Positions 1 through 12,600 of a DNA stretch of 64,000 bases are shown here, piece after piece. Below the pieces are notes generated by a model. It was not told the DNA's origin. It made no database searches and saw only the letters and a list, made by a program, of their open reading frames with translations. The stretch is from Antedon mediterranea (lineage: Eukaryota > Animalia > Echinodermata). The stretch's first letter is position 1. Each line of letters begins with the position of its first letter. Both the position numbers and the translations under genes were made by a program. The stretch lies in NCBI RefSeq assembly GCF_964355755.1, contig NC_092680.1, forward strand, positions 18,485,045-18,549,044, given 5' to 3'.

Positions 1-666
1 TTTGATGTTATATAACACCTAAATAAATTCCTGTCATTTGATTGGATGATTGTGGGTAACATGGCGTGCAATAGTACGCACTATTTGTATAATAATGACT
101 GTTATCAAAGGCCGATGAAAACTTGTTGCACACATTATTAAATGCTGATAATACAGAGGCCTAATGATAACTTTGATACACTAAAATAAGTACAGGCAAA
201 TACAAGCAAGGATTGAGAGCAGTCTAGCAACATTACTTATAAAAACAAACTACAGTACAATTCATTTCCTGTTTTTTTTTTATTACAATATCTACATATT
301 TCTAGTCATTTGAAAATTTGGAACTTTACTGTTTTCATATTTAACAGAATTTTGTTAATATTTAATATTTTATATCCAAATGATTTTCTGTTGAGGACAG
401 CAATTTTACAATCAACCATTCCAAGTACTCAAAGAAATTCTATACTCAATTTGCATGAGTGTGTATTTGGTTCATCCCTTTCCTACCTTCTTGGTCCTTT
501 TATTGGAAGTGGTCAATGGTCGAACCCAGATTTGTTAAACGGTTTATCTCAACAGAGTTCATACATAAGCCAAAAAAAATCAGACATTTATCTCATCTGC
601 TTCCTGATGTGATCAATTTCTTATTGAGAGATATCTGAGCATCAATCTGCCATTTTACCATTTAAC

Positions 667-3600
667 TCAATTCATAGGAGATGGAGTATTCCTCTGGCTT
701 GTCTCTCCCTCTCTTTCCCGTTTGTGTTTATGCTTGTGTTTATTTTTCTTCTTTTTCTTTTTATGTAAAGCGTCTTTAGAAGCTGAATGGGCGAGTTCTG
801 GTTTTAGCTCTCGGTCTGTAAGAGCTGGAAATGATACCCTTTCTGAATCACCTGTGTAGAAAAAATAATCACTATTTAATATACTGCTTGGTGACTTCAA
901 TACCTGTGGAGTACACTTGGATAGTTTTGCATTTGTGCCTTCCATACCTGTGCACTTGGATAGTTTTGCCTTTGTGCCTTCCATACCTGTGGAGTGCACT
1001 TAGATAGTTTTGCCTTTGTGCCTTCCATACCCATGGAGTACACTTGGGTAGTTTTGCATTTGTGCATTCCATACCCGTGGAGTACACTTGGGTAGTTTTG
1101 CCTTTGTGCCTTCCATACCCATGGAATACACTTGGATAGTTCTTTATATATTGGAAGACCTCTAAATCCCCCTCTCCCTTCCCCAGAACACAGCATTGTA
1201 AATAAAATTACTTTATGTGCCTACAACTAATGACCATTTAATTAATCCTTGCACTCTTACCTATAACTGGTGATAGGTCTAAATCCTGTTTAATGGAACC
1301 ACCTGGAGTTGGTGGAGAAACAATATCCGATATGTTACAGCCAGGTGTTGGAGGACGAACTTCATCATCGTGTTCATCCATATCATCATGGTGACTAAGT
1401 ATATCAATGTGCAAATGTTCTTGCTTCATCTGTTTAGAGGGAACATCCTAAAAGAAACACATAATAGTATTTTATTCTTTTATTTTCAATGAAATAAACT
1501 GAGATGTTACACAGGGGGCATGGACCGAATCATTAGTCTATGACCCATATCATCCCAGACTACGCACATATACAGAACATTAAATTTAAGAACTATAAAA
1601 CTATTTACAGTAAAGTAAAGGCGAGTCCCGTATTCATTTTGAACAGGGTAATGAGCTGTTAGGAACTCATTGTACTAAGCCTTGGCATTGCAGCAAATTG
1701 GGATAAAATGTACCTTCATTTCGGCAGAGCTTCCGCTGGATGACGATTCCTTCCTGAATGATGGCTCTTTCTTGAAAGCAGGTGAATGGCTGTCAGACTT
1801 CCTTTTGCGTGTATCACTGGACACAGAGTCTACATGCTCCTGAAAAACATTTAAACTGCTATTAAACATTTACTTACAGGAAGGGAGGTGGTATTTATAT
1901 TTATTAACTCAAAAATCCTATAACATTTCTGTTTTGTGTATTTTCTTTACTGCATAAAAACAATTTAAGCTTGCTTTTTTTAAAACAAACTTTCTAAAAT
2001 TATAAATATCCCATACCTATCAATTTGTTTACTTACTGTCTGATGAATAATTGGGTCTTCTTTAACAACTGAAGGATTCAGTAATGCTCTTTTCTCTCTT
2101 AAATTCAGAACCATTCCTAGTTCAGGAATTGGAAGGAAAGATGGTCTGTTACGACCAAAAAGAGTGTAATAGAAGTCCACTGCATCGCATCTTAACCGAG
2201 AATCATGTGATGTACCAGAACTAAGAAGAAAACAGAATATAAAATAAGAAATGCAACCAATCAATGGCTGAGCAGATACGACAATGAAGCCACAGTGGCA
2301 GATCCAGGATTTTGAAATAGGGGTGGGGTTGCAGGACCTAAATGTAGTGCTGAACTTAATTTGATGTCCAATCATTTGCATTACAATTTGTGAAATTTAG
2401 AGGGGGACCGGGCCGGCTGAGCCCCCATTGAATCTGCCCCAGAGTTGGTAGAGAGAGAATCTTTCCATAGTTCTTCTCATAGGGACTTTCAACAATAGAT
2501 CCAGAGAGTACAGTATCAAATTGGTTTCAATTTTACATGTGCAAATATGATGGATGATGAAAATCATGGAATCAATGAAGACCATGTTCTAAGCTAAGCA
2601 CATATTGGGGTAGGGTGTGGGTGATGGGGGCTTAGGGTTAGTGGGAGGGGGTGGTTAGCTGAAGGAAGAAAGGAAGAGGGAACTGAGGGTTATGTCTCTC
2701 TTTAAATGATACATACTTCATCAGTGCCCAGATTCTTTCTACAAGTGCTTCATTGCATAAAGGTGAGGTACTCTTGTGTTTGAATGGTGGGTTCTTGATC
2801 AGCATCCTTAAAACTTTATGTCTGAAATTGATTAAACATGATTATTGCATGAAACAATTGTAACACTTAACAGGGCATGGATGCCCACCCTCATGAGTGC
2901 AAAGGCTTAGTTCAAGCATTACATCTTCATATACATCATACAATAAGCTGTACTCAATGGGAAACCATTATTGTTACACGAAAAATAAATTATTGTTCAG
3001 TCATGTGATATTCTTTAATAAAGAAGATGTATAATAATTACCTAACATATGGTACTGGGTCTTGCTCGACAATGTCCAATAACCATGAAAATACATCAGC
3101 ACCGTAATTATTTACACCTTCAACTAAAAAAAACAGTAAAAATTTTAATGTTATTCACTTATATCTAATTTTTGTATAAATATTATTAATCTACTATCTG
3201 TAACTATCAGAAACCTGGAATACATAAAATAACATAATATTATTATTTTCCAGTTTTATTTATTTTTATTTTTGGGAGAAAGTTGGTCAGCACAATGTAG
3301 GTTGACATTCTATGTGCATAATGTCTTATAAAATCGAACCAACTTTCCCAATCGGACCATTTCATTTTCATTTCTTTATTCGACAACAAGCGGTCCAGGG
3401 GTTGCGACAGCAACAGAGCGCCATAACACATTTGTGTCCGCAACCATCTTTCCCAATCTGACCATCTTTCCAAACCGGACAATCTTTGGGAAAGTTAATC
3501 TACACAGTTTAGCCCAGCAGACTATTGTAATTTGCTTAAACAGCCAAGGCTTGACAATGGCACTAACCTTTAACATAGTCGACTAATGCCTTCAATGCGG

Positions 3601-6600
3601 CAACTCGTACATCTAAGAAGTGTCCATACTGCGCGTATGTTTGAAACAGGGTTGAGTCACTGGGTATGTGACCATTCTTCTGCAGCATCCGAATGGAATT
3701 AAGACAACTGATGGTGATTGTGTGATGATAACATGGCAGCATCTTCTCTAGGTTCAAACATCTGGTTACTTCTTCTAGAACCAACTGTGGATGAATGAAA
3801 TAATAGATGCCTAGCCTTGTAACGTTTCTCAGTAGGCTTAATCATGCTTAAAATGCATTCTTTATTTTTTTTTCATACGCATCTAACAGCGAGTACAAAC
3901 TTGTCAATTACAGGATGGATAAACTATTTTATAATTTATCGTGCTTATAAACCAAGTCTCATTTGAGGCTTAGGGAGTGGAATTGAATTAAGACGTGAAT
4001 TACAACCCTAGCACTAGCTCAGGATTGAACCACCAAGCTACAGCTCCACTACGTACACCATTTCTGGTTCGCGTACGTTGATCGCATCACATTTGTATGT
4101 AGCACAAGGGCATACAGTACTATTCACAAGAACACCAAATGCCCATTTAAAATATCTAAAGGTAATACATTTATGAAATGGTCAAATTATGTATATAGAA
4201 AACTATATGCAAGATTAGGTTCTTTACAGCTTTTCGTTATTGCCAAATACGGTGAATGTTGTTACACTATTTTTCTATAGAAAAATGTCAATATATAGAC
4301 ATTTTGATTTTAAATTTTCAGATGTTTAAAAAAAAAAGTTGAAATAAGTGTGTACCTTAGTTTCAGGAGAAAGATGCTCTACACTTGTAGTAACCATAGC
4401 AACAGCTGGGGTTATTGTTTCTGTTAATGCATTAATTAATGATGCGATGTAATAATTGTCTGAATACTATAAAAAAAAGATATTAAACATTAAAAAAATT
4501 GTTTTGTCAGAGAATCAAAACTATAATGTATACAGAAACAAATCCAGAAATTTCATTAGGGATGTAGACATAAAAATATGCATAAATAATAAAACTAGTG
4601 TTAACAATACAGTAGAAAACCCATTAAGGGGATCCCTTTCGGGAATCAACAAAGTGTACCTTTAAAGAGTGTTCCCTGAATAGAGGTTGGTCATGGTCAC
4701 TAAACATATATTGCCCCAATTTTTGGTGCATAGGAAATTGTTGTTTCATGAATAGAGGAGAATTGAATAACTTGTGTTTAATAGGTAGGATAAACAAAAA
4801 TGGCAGATTAGAACAATGGGGTAGGGGGTGGAAGAGGGTAGGGGGTGGAAGAGGGTAGGGGGTGGAAGAGGGTAGGGGGGTGGAAGAGGGTAAGGGTGGT
4901 GGCGTGAGAGAGATATTTAATAATACTTACTCTGTTTGTCCTGTTGTCATTGTACTTAATAAGATCTGTGAGAAAACTAAGCGTTTCTTTTGGGCATACA
5001 CGATGGGAATCCCGTATGTAGGCTAATGACATCGGTAAAGCCTGCAAAAAAGCAGTAAAACTGAATGTCTTTACAAAGTTGCTTAATCTATAATATTTTA
5101 TTACGTACATTTTGTTTATATTTAAGCTGGATGTTGGTTCTCACAAAAATGTCGGAATAAGAATAAATTTAATTGATGAAGAGAAAAACAAATTAATTAC
5201 TAATACTAAATACATTGATCTTACCTTTTGTAAGAAATAGTCTTGAAAATTTGAGAAATCATTTTGTTTGACAATCCGCCTGCAATTATAGGCTCCGAAA
5301 AGGTCATAGAATATTTCCATAAGTGCTGAGCTACCATTGAATGATGCAAACAGCTCATTGGCTACCTGAATAACAGAAGTTGGGGCAAAACATGGTTAAT
5401 TGAAGTAAGTATTTATATGCCATGATCAAATATCTAGTATATTATACAATTTGGCAACACATTTGATTATTTTGTAAACCCGTCAGCCATTGTACCAAAT
5501 TCATACAGTTTTTGAACCGCAAGAAATAATTGTTTTCCCCGAAAAACCCAATTATTGTTCGAGTGAGTGGACGAGCAGGTTAGACAGTGGAACCGTATTA
5601 CATAGACATAACATCAGCAGGGGGTTCGAGGCTCACTCACTCCATGGTTCTTGTGGTAGACTACAGTATAAACTGTAGGTCCAGTGTACACATCTGGGTT
5701 ATGTGCACTTTAAAGAACCCAGTATATCTTTTGAGATGAGTAGGAGCTTAGCCCGTGTACTAGTTCACACACAGCCACTGTCACAAACTCATCATAGTAC
5801 AATACACAGGGCGCTCTGGGAGAACAGTTATTGACTGAAGAGGCCACCCAGAATAAATAATAATAATAATAATAATCCATAAGCTTGCCTTTGACAATTC
5901 CTCAGCAGCCTTCACTCTAACCTTGTAAAAGGCTGTCTTATCTTTGATCATACCTCCCAATGTCTGAATAGTCTCCGTACTTGGGAATTGCCGTAGAGCT
6001 TTGATGGCCTACATAATAAAAATTGAATGGATACATAAGAAACAGAAATTTAATATTGCTGTCATCATATATTTAACAGGTTTTTGTCATATCACCAAAA
6101 GTTAAGCAGTGTTTGGCCCAGTATTGGATGGAAGGCCATCTGGGAATATCAGAAGCTGTACGATGTTGAACTGCATCCACGAAGGCTGTGTGGGAATTAG
6201 TCAGTCCCAGGCTAACATCTTATAATATACATACGTTAAATATGTAGTCAAAGGCTGTTGTGCAGACGTATGAGAGAATGGCGTCCCAGTGAATTATTAG
6301 TCTATACATATTTCTGACATAAAAGAAGAATACAGACTAGTTAAAAAAAAAATAGATAGGGCATATAGTACCACTGCACCATGATACAACTTAGTTACAG
6401 AATTCTACTATAGACAAGTACAGAACAAACCTCTAACTGTGCAGCAATATCTCTTTCAAATTTTAGTTGGTACTGCCATTGAAAATCAGGCTGGTCAAAG
6501 GTCACCTGACGCAGTAAGGTCATCTCAGTGTCGATCCTGATCCATAGTACAGGTGAATCAGCACTGTCAGAAGATAAAGATAATATACATTATTAGGTAA

Positions 6601-9600
6601 AAAGAACATTTCAGCTGTAACGTTTGACTCAATTAGGATTTTCTACAATTGTTAAAAATAATGATTTCACTTATAAAAAAAAACAAAAAAAATATTTTTT
6701 GAGAGGGCAATATATTGTTTATGTTTGACTTACTCCATTGCACCTAAATCCATGTCTACTTCTTCCCCATTTAACAATGGAATTTTCTTCTTTTTATGCC
6801 TGAAAAAAATTCATAAAAAGTCTTATAACTTACAATAAAATATATTTTATACACTTTGTATTTATGTGTAATCAAATAATTGTAGTTAATTTTCTGTATT
6901 CGTGACATTAAAGCACTCTTCTTACAAGCAGGCCTGAAAAATGCCAGTGTCGATACTTGCATCGTTACTGGCATATAAGTATTCATAGCACTTAAAATAT
7001 TTCTAGTAAAATTACTAGGTGTTAAGCAGGTCTGGCTGATGCTAAGACCTATTCTAAGATAAAACCATTACTGCAGTATATTACAAGAACACAGTTCTGT
7101 GAGAAAGAGGTGTGAGAGACGTAACAATAGCAAAACAGAAACAGTAATAATAGCTACCTTCTACTTTTTGAGTGGCAAGTAATTTCACCTTTGACCAGAT
7201 TCTCTTCCACTTGGAGAGTGTGTTCAAATGATCCATCCAGCTCTTGTATTGTCACTTTTAATGGACCCTGAATAACATGAACAAAATCACATACTACTGT
7301 ATATAAATCTTCATTTCAAAACCTTCTTTAGTGTTCAAATTTGGGCATGTTTGCGCAGCCAAAACAAAATTGTTGGTTAATTTTTTAATCAATAAAGTGC
7401 GCATGATCAGTTATTACCAAACAACCAGGTGGCCAATCATATCCCAACAATTTGTCCTTTAGGTCAAAGGTTAAAAATTATCGCATTTATCTGATAATTT
7501 TTAATAATAAATATATAATTTTGATTTGAATGAGATAATTATCTATTCATTTTTCTTGAGCGGATTTGGTTAAACCCCATTTCCCATATCGATTAATTTT
7601 TGGTCTTTCCTTGCCCCTTTTATAATTGTCTTCTTTGTATTGTATATGGCAGAAAATTTAATAAAAAATAATAATAATAATTTTAGCCGTGGAAGCAGTC
7701 TTAGCAGTCTTTTTGCAGTAATTTCATGTTACTTTCAATTTCAAGTGGCTCATTTGCAGAAAGTTGATCCTCTTGTTTTTTGCCATTAAATTTTATTTTA
7801 AAGTTATACAATCAAATTTTGCAGTCATACAACAACAACTGTAAACAAAATAAGTGTGTTTATTATAATCAATCCACATACCACATATTTAAAAACGCCT
7901 TTTCTGCTTGGATCTTGTCGTATTTCCAGTTCTACAATGTTGCGTTTACGATTAAAAATAAAGTTGCCATGGAAACGTACTATTCCACCTTGTGTAACCC
8001 ATTGCTCAATAAAAGAAGTCAGATCTTTGCCAGACACATTTGACAATGCTTTAAGAAACTAAAGATTTATATAATGAAAAGGTAAAAAATGCATATATAT
8101 AATGATTTAGTATGAATTGTATTTGTACTCAAAAATGAGAAGAAGTCATGATATGATTTTTGCTTGTGTATCTGCTGCCTCTGTTAATAGTAATAATAAT
8201 TAATAATGGTGAAGAAAATAATGATGAAAATGGAACTATGAAAAAAAAAAAGAATATAACTTTACCCCTGGAGTTGAGAGAAGTAAGTTGTACCAGGCAT
8301 TGGCTAAGAAAAACTTCTGTTGTGCAGCAGCTGTGGCCAGAGACAGCAACTTGTTAAAAACCTGGTAGACAAAATAGGAGAATGTAATGGTAAAGCCTTG
8401 TCTATACTATCAAACTTAACATAAAGTTTGATAGTCAAACTTAACATAAAGTTTGATAGTATAGAAAGAGCTTCAGAACAAATACTGATCATTTAATATT
8501 TGATTGATATTACCTGTAACAAAAGTTCTGGGCCAATTCTCAGCTCTATGAGACGCAATACCAAATGTGATTTGTTAGCCAGCATCTTGGCATACTTCCA
8601 AGACACGGTGTGTGAATGATTGCGTGGAAAGTGCAAATGACTCGCTGAATCACCTTTGTTTGGGGTCAGTGGCTCAGGACAGAGAGTTAAGCCTCCAATG
8701 TCCTGCTCATATACACACAAGTCTGTCAATTCCTAAAATAATAGACAATTATCAATAATAATCTGATGCATCATTGGATTTTTATATATGACCTCTAGTT
8801 TTCTATAGCTTTAACTAGGATAGGAGGTGGTCAATTCTTTAGACCAAACTGGCGCTCCTTGCAGTTTGAACCTAGGTTATCGACAAGGGTACATACTTGA
8901 GGTTGGGTGCTGGCCTAACTTTTGCTTTTTGCTTAATTATCTATCACTTGTTTTCATTGTTCATTGTTGTAATTTGTATTTTATAAAAATAATAACCATA
9001 CAATTGTTTAATCAATAGTCATTTTAATCTAATAGATTATAAATACCTTATAAATAATACTTCTATATTCATTCATGCCAAACACCTTCTTGAGGTAGAG
9101 TCCAGTTAAATATTTTGAGATTCCTTTGACGAGCCAAGCATCATTCCAGGACTGCATGTTGATAAAGCATGTGAAGAACTGCTCAGCTAGTGCCTGCGTA
9201 AGAATTGTACGCGTTTCAAATGTCTGGTCGATGACACGTCGCGTGTGAAGGAGGTTTGTGCTACAATACAAATAGAGAGCAATGATAAATAATAATTACC
9301 ATAAATACATCATACTAAGGCTACATTTACACTGAGCCCAGATTTCAACATTTAGAAAGAGCTGTTAGGCCTCCAAAACATGGCAACCTCTTTCAAGATA
9401 AATAAATGATTAACTCTAAAAAGATTATTAAAAAAATGTAGATAACAATAAATATAAAAGAGCAGTTAAATATATATTAAATGAACTAACTTGAAAATGG
9501 TCATGGTTGAGTAGGTATCGGCCTGAACAAACGCTTCGTCCACAAACACTTGCTTATAACATGAGAATGGATAGCGCGAACTTAGATTCTCTTCAAAAAA

Positions 9601-12600
9601 CTCAAAAACCTGAAAGTAATTAACCATGTATTTTCAATATTTCACTCGAAGGCTGCAAACAAGATACTGCATTAGGCTCTGTCTACACTATCAAACTATT
9701 TTGACAAAAAAGGTGTGATATGTCCAAATATGGCAGTGATATGCCCAATTATGGTAGTTATGTGATATCATCATGTCCATATATGGGCACATGGTAGTGA
9801 TATGCCCAAATATGGTATATGGGCACATCACATTTTTTTGTCACCTAAATAATGAAGACAGAGTTTAACAAACTGAATCGAATTCAATTGCTCTGGTCAT
9901 CATGTATTTGACACAAAAGCAGTATTCTCAATGCATACCACATATGTACCACAAAGTTAAAAACACATAACAAGCTAAATTGACTGTAAACAAGTGCTTA
10001 CTTCATGAATGAAGTCTGTGGAATGCTCAAGTATTGGTTTGAGTTGAGGCAGGCAGAAGTGGGTCACCTCAGGCATATATGGATCAACCAGTATCTCAAA
10101 AGGTCTAGAAAAAAAGTTATTGGAAACAATTTGGCTGACATGTGGTACAAGATCAAATCACTGGGTCACCCAGTAACCAAAGCTTCCAATAAATAAACTA
10201 ACAATAATATGCAATTGCTAACAGCCATGACTTATTTAGTTTTGTGCACTTTGGTGGAAAAACATGAAGAAGAAAAAAATTAAATTACCCAACAGCAACT
10301 GCTATGTTTGGTGCTGCAGTCGGTATGGTCAATATATAATGAAATGTTTTCTTGCGCATGTCTGGTGTGTAAACCGTTTCATACAAATCACCGCAGGATA
10401 CTGCCACCATCGAAGCATCAACTGTGAATTCGAGTTTCCAAGTGCAGGGTTCGGAGTAGGAATCGATGCACGGAAACCAGAGACGTGATGAATGTTCATA
10501 AGCGTATGTGAACAGATGGGCTCCACGCTGAAAAAATTATTCATTCATCAGTGGAAAATTACTTCCATTTATTGTAATTTGCATATAAAATATACATAGA
10601 AATTATGTTTGCTTTGAGATATACAAAAACAGATAAATGAAAAACTAACAAAAATAATTACAAAGTTTCACATCACTCTCATACAGTATACTGACAAGCA
10701 TTCAGTGCCCGAATGGTAGTTGGATAAAAATGCTAACAATCATATTGAAATAAAATACAAATAAATACACTTACTTCTTCCATGGTGCCATCCGTTTCTG
10801 GTACCACAAAATGAAGACCACCTTGAGGTCGTTCAAGCGAAAACTCAATGCTAACACGCAGAGGTTTTTGTTCTACAAATTAAGAAAATGCAGATTTTAA
10901 AAATGTATGCATACCAATTTCTGAGCAAAGAAAACACTTAAAATATAAAATCATATTACAAATGATTAAAATTAGAAAATTAATTCCAATATGTGGTCAT
11001 TTGAATTATCCCCATAAAATTTGCTTTATTGAGAGAAAACAAATCGGCAGGATTTGAACCCTGCTCATGGCATTTGAAGACAAGTACCTAACCATCAAAC
11101 CGTAATTTAAAACTCATACAAACCTGATAGAAGGTGAGAAGCACTGTGTGGTATCTTGATCGTCAACTCGCCATTATTCTTGTCCGTGTCAACTGAACTC
11201 ACAGCATCATAATGGCATCCAGAAAAGAAGTTTAAATTACGTCTGTAAATAAGAATAAAAGAAGTTTAATTTTCCGAAAAGAAGTGTGATGTGCTCAAAT
11301 ATGGTAGCGATATTCCCAAATATGGTAGTGATATGACATCATCATGTCCATATATGGGCACATCACATTTTTTTGGTCACATAAAGTTTGATAGTGTAGA
11401 CAAGGTTTTACTGGTTGTGCATTTTTTCGCATCCCAGGAAAAAATAGACTATGCATAGTACTAATTGCTGAAAAAAACAAAAACACAAGGAACTGGAATT
11501 TGGTACAGAAAGTGATCTGGATAAAAAAATCATGGAATTTCTCCAGCCACCACACATTGTGAAGCATAGCTTTAGACATTTTTTATATTATTTACATACT
11601 TAAACTTACTGTCTTGAGTCTGACTGACAAATCTCTAATGTTGGATCATTGTACATAAATGATGCTTCCCAATAATCATTTATGCATACTCTATAAACAC
11701 CTATTGACTACGGTTAAGGATCCAAACAAAATAATACATTAAAACAAACCACAAGTCAAAACCCGACTAAGAAATACCGGAATGGTGTCCGGCGGGGGAT
11801 AGTTTATTACCATTAGTTAAGGTCCTATGTAAAGCACCTAGAGGGGTCAGTGATCCATTAGGCGCTATATAAATACTGTTTATTACCTCCGCCAAGGAGG
11901 TTATGTTTTCACCCCTGTGTGTTTGTGTGTGTGTTTGTGTGTGTGTTTGTGAACAGCCTGGAGGCCACAGTTTTTATCCGATTCTAACCAAATTTGGACA
12001 CAATGATCTATGCCCAAAAAGCTCGGACGAGTTCGAATTTGAGGGGGAAAGGTCATAGGTCAAGGTCACAACTAACAAAAAACTATTTTACTGCCTAGAG
12101 ACCACAGTTTTGATCCGATTCTCACCAAACTTAGCCACAATGATCAATGACACATCATATAATTGTGGTTAAATTTTGAAGGGTCAGGGTCAAAGATCAA
12201 GGTCCACAAAAAACAAACAAAAAAGAAATAAAAAAATAATAAAAAAAAAAAAAACCCTCAGTGGGGCTTGAACCAACGATCTCAACTGTGAGAGGCTGGA
12301 TACATAACCATTACACCACACTGTCATCCACAACTTTGTAGTGTGCAGTTAACATATTTAGACTTAGACCTAATAAAAAAAAATGTTTAAAAAAAAATAT
12401 TCAGGGGGCATTTTATGTAGGGGAATTTTACAGTAGGCGGAGGTTTGTACTCTCGGAGTACCCTCTAGTTATTATTCTTAACAAAGTTTTTTATTTACAA
12501 CTTTATAAGTCAAAGGATACGACATTGTTTACTGTTGATTTTAATCTTGTTCAGACCAGGTTTTAGCGGAACTATATGTAGCTCTGTATATCCCTGAAAA

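Noticed and set aside
872-1196. Repetitive ORFs ([21 protein letters not shown])
   Set aside because: Translations of the 44-bp intronic minisatellite; the real last TAF2 exon starts at 851.
3243-3576. Trp-rich ORF (ERWSDWERW)
   Set aside because: Arises from short direct repeats (ACCATCTTTCC) in a TAF2 intron.
12255-12325. Possible tRNA-Glu(CTC) gene
   Set aside because: Acceptor and anticodon stems do not pair properly and the sequence lies inside a repeat; treated as tRNA-derived cargo.
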